Assembly (NCBI GenBank): GCA_963810935.1
Contig: CAWEPK010000008.1
Location: 576,001 to 640,000 of the forward strand
DNA length: 64,000 nt
From: an uncultured delta proteobacterium
Lineage (GTDB): Bacteria; Desulfobacterota; Syntrophorhabdia; Syntrophorhabdales; WCHB1-27
Direction: 5' to 3'
In this document: one piece after another, positions 1 to 9,808 of the stretch
How positions within the stretch are numbered: position 1 is the stretch's first letter
Layout of the letters: the number at the start of each line of letters is the position of its first letter
Position numbers and translations under genes: made by a program
The notes under the pieces: model-generated
What the model was told of the DNA's origin: nothing
Database searches by the model: none
What the model saw: only the letters and a program-made list of their open reading frames with translations

Positions 1-1229
1 GAGCCCATCTCCTGCTGCACCTCAGGCGTGATATCCCCCAGAGTCATGCCGAAATCGGACGGCTCAAGCTCCTTGCGTGCGGGCGGCGCTGCTTTTTCTT
101 CCGCAAGCTCTTCTATCTTTACCGGCAGCGCCAGCTCCTTCCCCTCTCTGACGACCGTCACCTTTACGGTGCTGCCGACGGGCGTCTCCGCCACCATGAG
201 CGGCAGGTCCGACATGGCCTTTACTTCTTTTCCGTTGAACCTGACGATTATGTCCCCTCTTTTGATGCCGGCCGCCTGAGCGGGGCTCTTGGGCTCGACG
301 TCGCCCACGAGCGCGCCGACAGGCCGCTTCATGCCGAACAGCTCGGCCATTTCCGGCGTCACCTCCTGAATGGAGACGCCGATCCATCCGCGCACGACCC
401 TTCCCTTCTCCCGGAGCTGGGCGACCACGTTCTTCGCCACGCTGCTCGGAATGGCGAAGCCTATGCCCTGCCCGGTCGCGACTATGGCGGTAGTGATCCC
501 CACCACCTCGCCGCGCAAGTTAATGAGCGGCCCGCCGCTGTTGCCCGGATTGACGGGGGCGTCCGTCTGTAGAAAATTGTCGTACGGCCCGGTCCCTATG
601 ACCCTGCCGGTACCGCTGATTATCCCCTGCGTGACCGTATGGGCAAGGCCGAAGGGGTTCCCTACGGCGAGCACCCAGTCGCCCACCCGCATCCGCTCGG
701 AGTCGCCCAAAGACAGCATGGGAAGGCCCTGCACAGGCGTGGTTATCTTGATCAGGGAGAGGTCGGTCTTGGAGTCCCTCCCTACGACTTTCGCCTTGAA
801 TTCCCTTCCGTCCGTGAGGCGCACCGTAATAGCCGACGCCCGTCTGACGACGTGGTAATTTGTCAGGATGTAGCCCGCCTGATCGATGATCACACCTGAG
901 CCCAGGCTCCTCTGTTTCAGCTCCCTGTCGGGTATATCCCCGAAAAACCTTTTGACGAAGCTGTCGAGCTGCCCTTTTTCCTCCTGCTCCCCCGGTCCGA
1001 AAAAGAACTGGAAGGGGTTGCCGGGTATTTTCACGGTAGTGAGGGTGCTGATGTTGACAACCGCCGGCTTGACCGTATCGACCAGGTCCGCAAAGGACGG
1101 CAGCGCGCCGCCGGGCGGGTCTGCCGCCGGTCCCTTCTTGTTCTCGCAACCCGCGCTCTGGCAGAAGAACATAGCGGCGACGATGCTGAGCAGAGCGATC
1201 CGCGACATGCGTCTCACGACTCTTCCCAT
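1..1229 (-). CDS. degP: Do/DegP (HtrA) family serine protease with PDZ domain(s), 3' end outside window
   Basis: Own minus-strand translation from ATG 1229 (not in ORF track): MGRVVRRMSRIALLSIVAAMFFCQSAGC... with LGSGVII, LTNYHV, GNPFGL, QTDAPVNPGNSGGPL and PDZ entry GWIGVSIQ; possible lipobox SAGC. Confidence 0.93.
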   Translation of the reverse strand, partial: MGRVVRRMSRIALLSIVAAMFFCQSAGCENKKGPAADPPGGALPSFADLVDTVKPAVVNISTLTTVKIPGNPFQFFFGPGEQEEKGQLDSFVKRFFGDIPDRELKQRSLGSGVIIDQAGYILTNYHVVRRASAITVRLTDGREFKAKVVGRDSKTDLSLIKITTPVQGLPMLSLGDSERMRVGDWVLAVGNPFGLAHTVTQGIISGTGRVIGTGPYDNFLQTDAPVNPGNSGGPLINLRGEVVGITTAIVATGQGIGFAIPSSVAKNVVAQLREKGRVVRGWIGVSIQEVTPEMAELFGMKRPVGALVGDVEPKSPAQAAGIKRGDIIVRFNGKEVKAMSDLPLMVAETPVGSTVKVTVVREGKELALPVKIEELAEEKAAPPARKELEPSDFGMTLGDITPEVQQEMG

Positions 1230-1405
1230 AGTCCCCCCGGTAGTTTTGCTGTGGCTTATTGATAAAGATAATGCCGATATCCACTCTTTTAAAGGCGGGG
1301 ACTGCTAAATGGGATGCGTGCCTGGATACTTAGGACGCGGCATCGCAAAAGGCGGCGGGCCATCTTATGCCAACGGAAAAATTGCCCGGATACAGCCCTC
1401 TACTA

Positions 1406-1434
1406 TTGACTACAGGCGCGATAGCAGTTAAAAT
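1406..1434 (+). promoter_or_regulatory. sigma70-type promoter for tRNA-Phe
   Basis: TTGACT (1406-1411), 17 nt spacer, TAAAAT (1429-1434), just upstream of the tRNA. Confidence 0.65.
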
Positions 1435-1442
1435 TGGGCAGT

Positions 1443-1518
<76 letters not shown>

Positions 1519-1612
1519 TCTACGCCCCATAAACCTTTGTAATCCTGATATTTGAACCTCAATTTCAATGCTTCCTCGGAGTGGTACAGAGAATGGCACA
1601 TAGGAGGAGCTG

Positions 1613-1777
1613 ATGAACAGCCTCGTAAAGCGGAAAGGACAATACTACTTTCGAATGGCTGTCACGCGCCACCTGCTGTCGGGCATACAACGCTGGACTA
1701 CCGAGAAGCGAAGTAAGTGGAGTTGGAGAGCAGGAAGCGCCACGAGAACAAGCCGCCTTTCCTGGGACAATCAATGA
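1613..1777 (+). pseudogene. probable integrase N-terminal remnant (54 aa)
   Basis: Strong RBS AGGAGG then MNSLVKRKGQYYFRMAVTRHL..., resembling the L-x-K/R-R-x-G-x-YYFR N-terminus of many tyrosine integrases; 95 nt downstream of a tRNA; no catalytic domain follows. Confidence 0.5.
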
Positions 1778-1807
1778 AAAAGGCAGGGACCGTTTCCGAC
1801 CCCTGCC
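1777..1807 (-). terminator. Rho-independent terminator of the VPLPA-CTERM gene
   Basis: Minus strand GGCAGGG...CCCTGCC hairpin followed by TTTTT, ~20 nt after the stop at 1829. Confidence 0.75.
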
Positions 1808-1828
1808 GCAGAACGCATTTGGAGTAGC

Positions 1829-2470
1829 TTATCTTTTGAACCTTCTCCTAAGTACACCGAGACCCAGAAGGCCGGGGGTGAAGAGAAGAATGCCCGCAGG
1901 GAGGGGTACGGCGTTGGAGTTGGCGTTGACGTCCATCATGAACGGGTTAGTGCTGGCGGCGGTGCCCCACGAGCTACCGTTATTTCCGCTATAGTAGACT
2001 CGAAAACCCGATCCGTTCCCGCTAGTATCGGGCGTACTTTGCCAAAATAGATTGCCGGTACTACCGTTAAGGTTAAGGACCACCCAGTATATCGAGTTGG
2101 GGTTGAGATTGATGCCGCTTGCGGTAAAGGTAGTAAGGCTGGCGTTATTATAAACGGTGTAGCTCCCCGGCGAGGTAAGGGTACCGACTAGGGTGCCCGG
2201 TTGGCCGTTCCCCGTACCCGTGTTCGTGAAAATCGACACGGTGGCCGTCGTTCCCGCAGTGTTGACCGACATGTCGAGGACCACCGACGACAGGTTGTAG
2301 GACGAGGAACCGGTCGAGAAGCTCTGGGCCCACCAGGTATTGGCGCCGACGGTACCCTCGCCTGTGGAGCTATTGCCAAGGTTGTTGAAGAGAACATCTG
2401 CATTGGCGGCAGGGGCGATGAACGTCAATGCAATGGCAAGAGCGAAAACAACGATGAGCAGTTTTTTCAT
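1829..2470 (-). CDS. VPLPA-CTERM (PEP-CTERM-like) sorted surface protein, possible choice-of-anchor R domain
   Basis: Signal peptide ending ANA, Ser/Thr/Asn/Gly-rich body with WWAQSFSTG, C-terminal VPLPA + hydrophobic helix + RRRFKR; RBS AGGAGGAG. Confidence 0.88.
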   Translation of the reverse strand: MKKLLIVVFALAIALTFIAPAANADVLFNNLGNSSTGEGTVGANTWWAQSFSTGSSSYNLSSVVLDMSVNTAGTTATVSIFTNTGTGNGQPGTLVGTLTSPGSYTVYNNASLTTFTASGINLNPNSIYWVVLNLNGSTGNLFWQSTPDTSGNGSGFRVYYSGNNGSSWGTAASTNPFMMDVNANSNAVPLPAGILLFTPGLLGLGVLRRRFKR

Positions 2471-2534
2471 TTTGTCTCCTCCTGTTCGGCAGAGGCTTTT
2501 ATTGGACCTGACTGCTGGTCATTGTCGGTCCTTA

Positions 2535-2638
2535 ATCAAACCGGCCCGGCCGTCTAACTGGTGGGTACCTTCGAAAACGCGTCTCCGAGACCCGTTGGCT
2601 TCCCGTCCGCCCTCGCGGACGGTTTAGTTTTGGCTGAT
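2535..2638 (-). ncRNA. GEMM-I cyclic-dinucleotide riboswitch (A20 / c-AMP-GMP-type)
   Basis: Minus strand ACTAAACC-GTCC-GCGA-GGGC-GG-ACGGGAAGCC-AACGGGTCT...AGACGGCCGGG matches the recalled deltaproteobacterial GEMM-I pattern (GNRA-capped P2, tetraloop receptor, P3); lies between promoter and CDS. Confidence 0.75.
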
Positions 2639-2644
2639 GGATGA

Positions 2645-2674
2645 AGTGTAAAACAATGCATAAAATATTGTCAA
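2645..2674 (-). promoter_or_regulatory. sigma70-type promoter upstream of the riboswitch
   Basis: Minus strand TTGACA, 18 nt spacer, TACACT; predicted transcription start falls at the 5' edge of the riboswitch. Confidence 0.6.
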
Positions 2675-2884
2675 GAGAAAAAAGGGGCGGCGTATTTCGA
2701 TCCGTGGCTCACGCTTCTATCTACCTGAAGCATCAAGGCTTTACGCAAACTGAACTGATGAAACCGATAGTTCTGCGTGGGGGTGCCCGGACTTCATACG
2801 ATAATGCGTGAAATGCCTGCCATCGTCGCTGACATGGTTCCGTCATACACATCCCGGACCCGGTTTATGGCATAATAGATACCC

Positions 2885-3823
2885 ATGGAACCGTCCATCA
2901 TAGATGTCAGGGACCTCGTAAAAAGATACGGGGACAAAACCGTCGTCGGGGGCATCACCTTTTCGGTGACCGAAGGTGAGATATTCGGCCTCCTGGGCCC
3001 CAACGGCGCAGGGAAGTCGACTACGATCTCGATCCTATCCACGCTCATCCTGTTCGACGGAGGGGACGTTTTCGTCGCCGGCCTCGACCTCAGAAGCAGT
3101 AAGGCGGCCATTAAGCCCCTTATCGGCCTCGTCCCCCAGGACCTGGCAATATATCCTTCGCTGAGCGCCAGGGACAACCTGACATTCATAGGCAGGATAT
3201 ACGGTCTCTCGGGCGCCGCTCTTGCCGGCCGGGTAGACGAAGTGCTCGACCTAGTGCAGCTTACGGACCGGGCCGGCGATCCCGCCGGCAGCTTCTCCGG
3301 GGGCATGAAGCGGAGGCTCAACATAGGGGCCGGGCTCATGCATAAGCCCCGCGTTCTTTTCCTCGACGAGCCGACGGTCGGGGTCGATCCGCAGTCCCGC
3401 AACTTTATCTTCGACCATATAGAAAGGCTGAACGAAGAAGGCATGACTATCATTTACACAACGCACTATATGGAAGAGGCGGAGCGCCTCTGCGACAGAG
3501 TTGCCATCATGGACAGCGGCAGGATACTTGCCGTCGATACCGTACGGGGTCTAATCGGCCTGGCAAAGGGCGGCGTTATCTTTCTCGGCGTCCCTCCGGA
3601 ATCGACGGAGACAGTGGGAGCATCCTTAAGCTCTTCGGACATTCCCTCAACCTTAGCGGCCGACGGGCTGCTAAAGATAGAGGCGCATAGCGTGGACGAG
3701 AGCCTTCCCAGGGTGATAGCCGTTTGCAAGGAGCGGAATATACCGATCCTCTCCCTCGAGCTTCATAAGCCGAGTCTGGAGACGGTCTTCCTACACCTGA
3801 CAGGAAGGAGGCTCCGCGATTGA
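2885..3823 (+). CDS. ABC-2 type exporter ATP-binding protein
   Basis: Walker A GPNGAGKST, signature FSGGMKRR, Walker B LFLDEPT. Confidence 0.93.
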   Translation: MEPSIIDVRDLVKRYGDKTVVGGITFSVTEGEIFGLLGPNGAGKSTTISILSTLILFDGGDVFVAGLDLRSSKAAIKPLIGLVPQDLAIYPSLSARDNLTFIGRIYGLSGAALAGRVDEVLDLVQLTDRAGDPAGSFSGGMKRRLNIGAGLMHKPRVLFLDEPTVGVDPQSRNFIFDHIERLNEEGMTIIYTTHYMEEAERLCDRVAIMDSGRILAVDTVRGLIGLAKGGVIFLGVPPESTETVGASLSSSDIPSTLAADGLLKIEAHSVDESLPRVIAVCKERNIPILSLELHKPSLETVFLHLTGRRLRD

Positions 3824-5076
3824 AGGCCGTGATGAACCAGCTCTTCGCCCTCACGTGGAAAGACCTGAAATTGTTCTTCAAGGACCCGAAGGCCATGGTC
3901 CTCATATTCCTTCAGCCCTTCCTCTTCATCGTCATCATGAGCTACGCGCTTGCCGGTGTCTTCGGCTCCGGAAAGCCCATCACGATACTGGCAGTAAACG
4001 AAGACAGAGGGAAAGATGCCGCATCGGTAATAAATGGCCTGTCCGGCCTCTCGGGAATAACTGTCGAGACGGCCTGGAAGGGCGCGCCGGTTACGGGGAA
4101 AACAGCGGAAGAGCTTATCACCGGAGGGAAGAGGGCCCTTGCGGTCATATTTCCTCCTGATTTTTCTTCTGTCCTCGAGAGCGTTCCCGCGGGGCCGGGG
4201 AGGCCGTCGACGAAGGTGTTACTAATGGTGGACCCGGCTACACCGGCATCGGTGACCGGACCCGTGCTCGGAGCCATCCAGGGGATGACCGAGCGGACGG
4301 CCTTCACGGCAAGGATGCCGGGCGGCATAGATTATCTCTTCGATCACTATAATATGACCGGAGCCGGCATCAGCCGGGAAGAACTAAAGCGAAGGGCCGG
4401 GGACTCCATCTCCCGCAGCGGCGGCGACAAAGTGGTCACCGTGGAGAAGGTGACGCCGAAAGCCATGAAAATGGAGAGGTTCCCTGATTCATTCCAGCAG
4501 AACGTACCGGGGTACACGATCTACGGCGTTTTCTGGATCGCGAGTCTCCTTGCCGCCTCCGTGCTCAGGGAAAAGCGCGAGGGTACCCTAACGAGGCTCG
4601 TGGCGGCGCCCGTAAGCAGGTCCGTCGTGCTTGCGGGAAAACTCATCCCTTATTATCTGATAAACGTCCTCCAGATCGCCATCATGTTTGGCGCGTCGAC
4701 GCTTCTCTTCAAAATCTCCTTCGGCCGCTCGGCCTCCGGCCTTATACTGACGAGCCTCACTCTCGCAGCCTGCGCCACCTCGCTCGGCATCATGATTGCG
4801 GCCTTCGCCAGGACGGAGGCACAGGCAAGCAGCCTGACCGTCCTGCTCCTCCTTATTCTCTCCGCCCTCGGCGGCTGCTTCGTCCCACGCTTCCTCATGC
4901 CCCCGGCATTGAAGGCTATAGGCTTGATAACACCTCACGCCTGGGCGCTCGACGCTTATCAGGACCTCATTGTAAGGGGGTATGGCTTCGTCGACGTGGT
5001 CCCCAAGATTGGGGTGTTGGCGGGCTTCGCGATCCTCTTCTTTATCATCGGCATCCGGCGCTTCCGTTTCGAGTAA
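3820..5076 (+). CDS. ABC-2 type exporter permease
   Basis: N-terminal TM, large periplasmic loop, EKREGTLTRL motif, several C-terminal TMs; overlaps the ATPase stop (start may be GTG 3829). Confidence 0.9.
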   Translation: MKAVMNQLFALTWKDLKLFFKDPKAMVLIFLQPFLFIVIMSYALAGVFGSGKPITILAVNEDRGKDAASVINGLSGLSGITVETAWKGAPVTGKTAEELITGGKRALAVIFPPDFSSVLESVPAGPGRPSTKVLLMVDPATPASVTGPVLGAIQGMTERTAFTARMPGGIDYLFDHYNMTGAGISREELKRRAGDSISRSGGDKVVTVEKVTPKAMKMERFPDSFQQNVPGYTIYGVFWIASLLAASVLREKREGTLTRLVAAPVSRSVVLAGKLIPYYLINVLQIAIMFGASTLLFKISFGRSASGLILTSLTLAACATSLGIMIAAFARTEAQASSLTVLLLLILSALGGCFVPRFLMPPALKAIGLITPHAWALDAYQDLIVRGYGFVDVVPKIGVLAGFAILFFIIGIRRFRFE

Positions 5077-5134
5077 AGCACGCGCTGCAACATCGCACCC
5101 GGCAATCGTCAGAATACCTGACCGCCGTCTTTGT

Positions 5135-7084
5135 TCATGTGGCGAGGGATTGCCTTTGCTTCTCGCCGCGCCTTTTCGCTATCTGCATGACGACTACTGC
5201 TCCGAGGATTACACAACCGATGATATCCTGCATCGATCCGGCATAAAACAGCAGCAGGCCGGCGATGCCCAGGGCAATCCGTCCGATTGCGCCGATTTCG
5301 CTAATCAGGTAACCACCCACGCAGCCGGAAAGCGCCCAGACACCCGCAAGGGCCGTCAGGGTGACGACAATTATATTGAGGACGGGGCCTTGAAGCAGAA
5401 GGCCGACGCCATCCGGTGAAGACGCGAACATGAAGGGGACGATGAAGGCAGGCAGCGTATACTTCCAGGCAAGCATCGTCGTCTTGAACGGGTTGCCGCC
5501 TGTAATGGCCGCAGCCGCGAACGGCGAAAGGGCCGTCGGCGGCGACACCTCGGAGAGGACCGCATAATAGAAAATGAACATGTGGGCAGCCGCCTCGGGC
5601 ACGCCGAGCTTTACCAGGGCGGGCGCCGTCATCACTGCGGCAATGATGTATGATGCCGTGATAGGAAGGGCCAGTCCAAGGACAAGAAGGATCAAGGCGG
5701 TGAAGATCAGCGTCATATAGAGGCTGCCGCCTGCTATATCGACGATGATGCCCGAGAACTTGAGTCCTATACCCGTGAGGTTAATGACGCCGACGATGAT
5801 GCCCGCGCATGCGCAGGTAGCCGCAACGCCCAGGACCTGCTTCGTCCCTGCAGCCAGAGCTTCGATCAGCTTACGGGGAAAAAGCGCCGAAACCCTGTTG
5901 AGGAAGCTCGTCGCAATGGCGATCAGGATGCTGTAAAAGACCGCCGTGATCCCGGTGAACCCCAAGGCCATGAATATGACGATAGTGACCAGGGAGGCAA
6001 AGTGAAACCAGTACTGCCTGGTAAGCGCCACGACATCTATCTTTCCCAGGCTCACATGCTTTAGCCCGAAGCGGTGCGAGTCGCCCTGCACCATGAAAAG
6101 GATGGAGGCATAATAGAGGATCGTCGGCACGGACGCCATTATCAGGACCTGGAGGTAGGATATCCTCAATATCTCGGCGATGAGGAACGAGGCCGCGCCG
6201 AGGACCGGCGGCGAGAGTATGGCCCCTATGCCGCCCGCAGCCAGAAGACCCCCGGCCGAGTCCTTGTCGTACCCTGAACGCTTGAGGAGCGGCCAGGCGA
6301 CGGACCCCAGGGTAACGGTAGTGGCAGCCCCGCTGCCCGACACCGTCCCCAGAAGGAACGACGCGAGAGTCACCGCACGGCCCGCCCCCGCACGGCTTTT
6401 ACCCATGCAGCCGAGCGCAAAATCGACGAAGAACTGGCCCGCCCCGGATAGCTCCAGAATGGCCCCGAAAATCGTAAAGAGTATGATAAAAGTCGAAGAG
6501 ACCTCCACCGGCGTGCCGAACAGCCCGTTCAAGGTCATGTACTCAAGGGCCACCATGCGGGTGATCGTATAGCCGCGGTGTCCCCAGGGCTCCGGCAGGA
6601 TACCGCCCCAGTAGGCGTATGCTATGCAGACCAGGACGACGATCGGGAGCGCTATGCCTGTCGCCCTGCGGGTCGCCTCAAGGACAAGGATGCAGGCGAG
6701 CACGCCGAGCGCTACGTCCATCGGCAGGGGGTTCGGGACGCGGTACATGAATGCTTCGAGGTCGAGGAACGGGTAAGCAAACGCTACGAAGACTAAAATG
6801 GCAAGGAAGATATCGACTGCAAGGGCGCGCTGTTTGAGTCCGCGGGAAGGCGGGTAGTAAAGGAAAGTGAGCATCAGGATCAGCATGACGTGCACGTACC
6901 GCACGACCTGCGTGATCATGGAGGCGAATGCACCGTAAAGGGCAAAGAGGGAGCAGAAAACGGCCAGGGCTGTCGCTATGTACCACATCGGCCCCGTGAA
7001 CTTCCGGGTCGGGGCCTCGAACTCCTCAAGTATCTCCTCGGCCTTTTCGGCCGATATGGTCTCCAGCCTGTCCTGCTCCTCCAC
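5135..7084 (-). CDS. TRAP transporter fused 4TM/12TM permease (TAXI type)
   Basis: 649 aa very hydrophobic; motifs LEATRR, GTVSGSG, PPVLGAASF, GLALPITASY, SEVSPP; adjacent to TAXI binding protein. Confidence 0.92.
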   Translation of the reverse strand: MEEQDRLETISAEKAEEILEEFEAPTRKFTGPMWYIATALAVFCSLFALYGAFASMITQVVRYVHVMLILMLTFLYYPPSRGLKQRALAVDIFLAILVFVAFAYPFLDLEAFMYRVPNPLPMDVALGVLACILVLEATRRATGIALPIVVLVCIAYAYWGGILPEPWGHRGYTITRMVALEYMTLNGLFGTPVEVSSTFIILFTIFGAILELSGAGQFFVDFALGCMGKSRAGAGRAVTLASFLLGTVSGSGAATTVTLGSVAWPLLKRSGYDKDSAGGLLAAGGIGAILSPPVLGAASFLIAEILRISYLQVLIMASVPTILYYASILFMVQGDSHRFGLKHVSLGKIDVVALTRQYWFHFASLVTIVIFMALGFTGITAVFYSILIAIATSFLNRVSALFPRKLIEALAAGTKQVLGVAATCACAGIIVGVINLTGIGLKFSGIIVDIAGGSLYMTLIFTALILLVLGLALPITASYIIAAVMTAPALVKLGVPEAAAHMFIFYYAVLSEVSPPTALSPFAAAAITGGNPFKTTMLAWKYTLPAFIVPFMFASSPDGVGLLLQGPVLNIIVVTLTALAGVWALSGCVGGYLISEIGAIGRIALGIAGLLLFYAGSMQDIIGCVILGAVVVMQIAKRRGEKQRQSLAT

Positions 7085-7132
7085 CGCACTTCCTCCCTGA
7101 ATTACCGTAAAACCGGTCTTGCCGTCACTTCG

Positions 7133-8116
7133 CTACTTCCAGGCGCCGTGCTCCTTGTAGTATTTGATCGCGCCCGGATGGAAAGGTATCTCGGCGAGGT
7201 TGGTCGCGGCCTTGAGGTTCAGCTTCATCGCCTCTTTATGGACTGCGACCAGGTCCGCCTTCTTCTCGAAAAGGCTTTTCGTTATTGCATAGACCAGCTT
7301 TTCATCCATCTTATCCATCGTTACGAATATAACGGGCACGGAGATCGTCTTTACATCCGCGTCCTGCCCCCTGTACGTACCCTTCGGTATTACCGCATCG
7401 TAATAGATGCGTCCGTGCTTCTTTACGATGGCAGGGAGATAGGACTGGACGTCCATCAGCTTGTAGCTCAGGCCCGGCGTTGCGCCGAGGTCGAGCATGG
7501 AAGCCGCAGGCAAGCCCGTAGCGAAGAAGAAGCCGTCTATCTTTCTATCTTTGAAAGCGTTTGCAGACTCGCTCAGGCTTATGCGCTCCCGCTTGAAGTC
7601 CTTGACAGGGTTGATGCCGGCTGCCTCCAGGAGCTTTCCGGCGACCATCTCGTGGCCGCTGCCCGGCGCGCTCGTCGAGATGCGTTTCCCCTTCATATCC
7701 TCAAGCTTGTTGATCCCCGGCACCACGACCACGTGGGCGATATCCGGATAGAGGACCGCTATGGCCCGCACGTTCACCTTGCCCGTGCTCGCGTAATATC
7801 CCACCCCTTTAATCGCTTCCGATGCGGCGTCGCTCTTCGTGAACGCGAAATCGAGGGAGTTGTTCTGCAGCATCTTAATGTTATCGACGGCCCCCGGCGT
7901 GACCTCGGCCGTTGCCTGAGTACCCGGGACATTTGCCGACATCACCTTGGCGATGGCGCCACCGTAGATGTAATAAACACCGCCGACGTCTGCGGTCCCT
8001 ATCGATACCCTCCGGACCTGGGCCTCCGAGGAGGCGCAGGTCATAAGGATGGCCGCGAGGGCAACCAACGTGGCGACGACCGCTGTAATCCCGCACCTGC
8101 TCGTTGTTCTTCTCAT
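7133..8116 (-). CDS. TAXI family TRAP solute-binding protein
   Basis: Signal peptide; SIGTADVGGVYYIYGGAIA, TPGAVDN, PFHPGA motifs. Confidence 0.93.
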   Translation of the reverse strand: MRRTTSRCGITAVVATLVALAAILMTCASSEAQVRRVSIGTADVGGVYYIYGGAIAKVMSANVPGTQATAEVTPGAVDNIKMLQNNSLDFAFTKSDAASEAIKGVGYYASTGKVNVRAIAVLYPDIAHVVVVPGINKLEDMKGKRISTSAPGSGHEMVAGKLLEAAGINPVKDFKRERISLSESANAFKDRKIDGFFFATGLPAASMLDLGATPGLSYKLMDVQSYLPAIVKKHGRIYYDAVIPKGTYRGQDADVKTISVPVIFVTMDKMDEKLVYAITKSLFEKKADLVAVHKEAMKLNLKAATNLAEIPFHPGAIKYYKEHGAWK

Positions 8117-8140
8117 ACTACGTACCTCCTCGATAAATGG

Positions 8141-9782
8141 TTATCCACGCGCGTTCTGCACTATCTCGACGCCGGGCGAGCCGTCCGGCCGCCGTGAAAC
8201 GACGATCCTTTTTTTCCAGTCCGGGTCTGTTGCCGGAAAATCCTCCCGGTGGTGCGTTCCCCTGCTCTCTTCGCGCGCCAATGCGGCACTCGCAATGAGC
8301 GAGCCCGTAACGAGCCGGCTCTGAAGGACAGCGCTGCCGCCTTTCCCGGCACTCTGGATCGCATCGAGGACTTCCTTGAGTCCCTTCGCGGACCTTATTA
8401 TAGTCATGTTCGAGTAATAAAGGGCGGCCATCCGGTCCATCAGCTTCTTGTCCGCATCGGAAAGCGGCGTGATGCCGGGGTCCGCGAGCCGGGGTTGCCT
8501 GCCCGCCTTTCCTGCTTCGGCCGCCTGTCCTGCCGCCGCGCGTCCCGCCCGGTACCCGAAGACCTGCGTATCTATAAGATTGTTTCCCCCCGGCCTGTCC
8601 GACCCGTGCACGCCCCCGGACGCCTCGCCGGCGGCGTATAAGCCCTCTACGCCGGTGAAGCCGTCCGCGTCTATCAATATGCCGCCGTTGAAGTTCTGGA
8701 CGACAAGGCCGACCTCCAACCGATGGCGGGCCAGGTCTATCCCTGCGCCGAGCAGGGCCTTGTAGGTCACGGGCGCCTTGCTCATGAGCGTTTCCCGGCC
8801 GACGTGGGTCACGTCGAACCAGACGGCCCCCGACGGAGTCCCCCTGCCCTCCATGACTTCCCTGAAGACGGCGATGTCGAGGTACTTCGCATCCGTCCTC
8901 ACGGAAAACGGGTAGGACATGGCCTTCAGGTCGAGCACCGCGTCGGGGCTGACTCCGGCCGGGCAGTAACGGGAGAGGAACTCTTCGCCCTGCGTATTCG
9001 TCAGGCGCGGACGCAGCCTCCACATATGGCTGTGGATAATGAACGTAATGGGCGTGTTGAAGACCGCCGGGCCCACCTGGAAAAACTCAAGGTTGACCAG
9101 GCGCGCTCCCGCCCTGTATGCCATCGACCATCCGTCCCCCTCGACAGTCGGGGGGTTGACGTTGTGACTGAAGATCCTGCCTGCGCCCCCGCTTGCCAGA
9201 ACGGCTGACCGGCTCTTTATGAAGAAGGTTTCACCGTCCGCGAGGCCGACTGCGCCGCAGACCCTTTTCTCATCGTCCTGCACGAGGTCGAGGACACGGC
9301 TGCCTTCCATCACACGGACGCCTCAGCTGCCCGATCCGCCCTTTAAGTGCGCGGACCATTTCCTTTCCCGTCGAGCCTCCGCAGGTCAGGGAACGCGCCT
9401 TCGTGCATCCCGATAGCTTCCGCTGCACTATGCGCCCGCCGTCTGCGTCGAACGCGACTCCCATCTCCATAAGCTCGCTTACGCGGTCGCACGCCTCGTC
9501 TGCGATTATCCTTGCCAGCGCAGGGTCGCCTAGGCCGCCGCCCGTCTCGATTATGTCGCGGTAAAAGACATCCGGGTCGTCCCCATCGCCTTCGAAGTTG
9601 AAGGGGGCGTTGATGCCGAGGCTTTCGGAGGCGATGAGGTTCGTGCTCCCGCTCGACCCGAAACCGCCCGCCACGACCAGGAGCACATCGAGGCCGGGGT
9701 ACGCCCGCTTCGCCTCGTATGCGGCCCTGCTTCCCGCAGCGCCGCCTCCTATGACAAGGACATCACAGCCAAGCTCTCTCAT
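8141..9782 (-). pseudogene. FAD-dependent oxidoreductase, NadB/SdhA superfamily; split by one extra base near 9323 (possibly a sequencing error)
   Basis: ORF 9270..9782 (DVLVIGGGAAG) and ORF 8141..9313 (LASGG, GLYAAGE, HGSDRPGGNNL, REESRGTHHREDFP) join into 546 aa if T9323 is removed (..QL-GVRVMEG..). Confidence 0.85.
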
Positions 9783-9808
9783 CTCCCGCGACCCCCTCGA
9801 AGATGCGT

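Noticed and set aside
9315..9330. Programmed +1 frameshift or selenocysteine at CTG-AGG-C / TGA in the FAD gene
   Set aside because: The TGA is not in the upstream reading frame, no stimulatory signal was seen, and similar single-base lesions occur in unrelated genes
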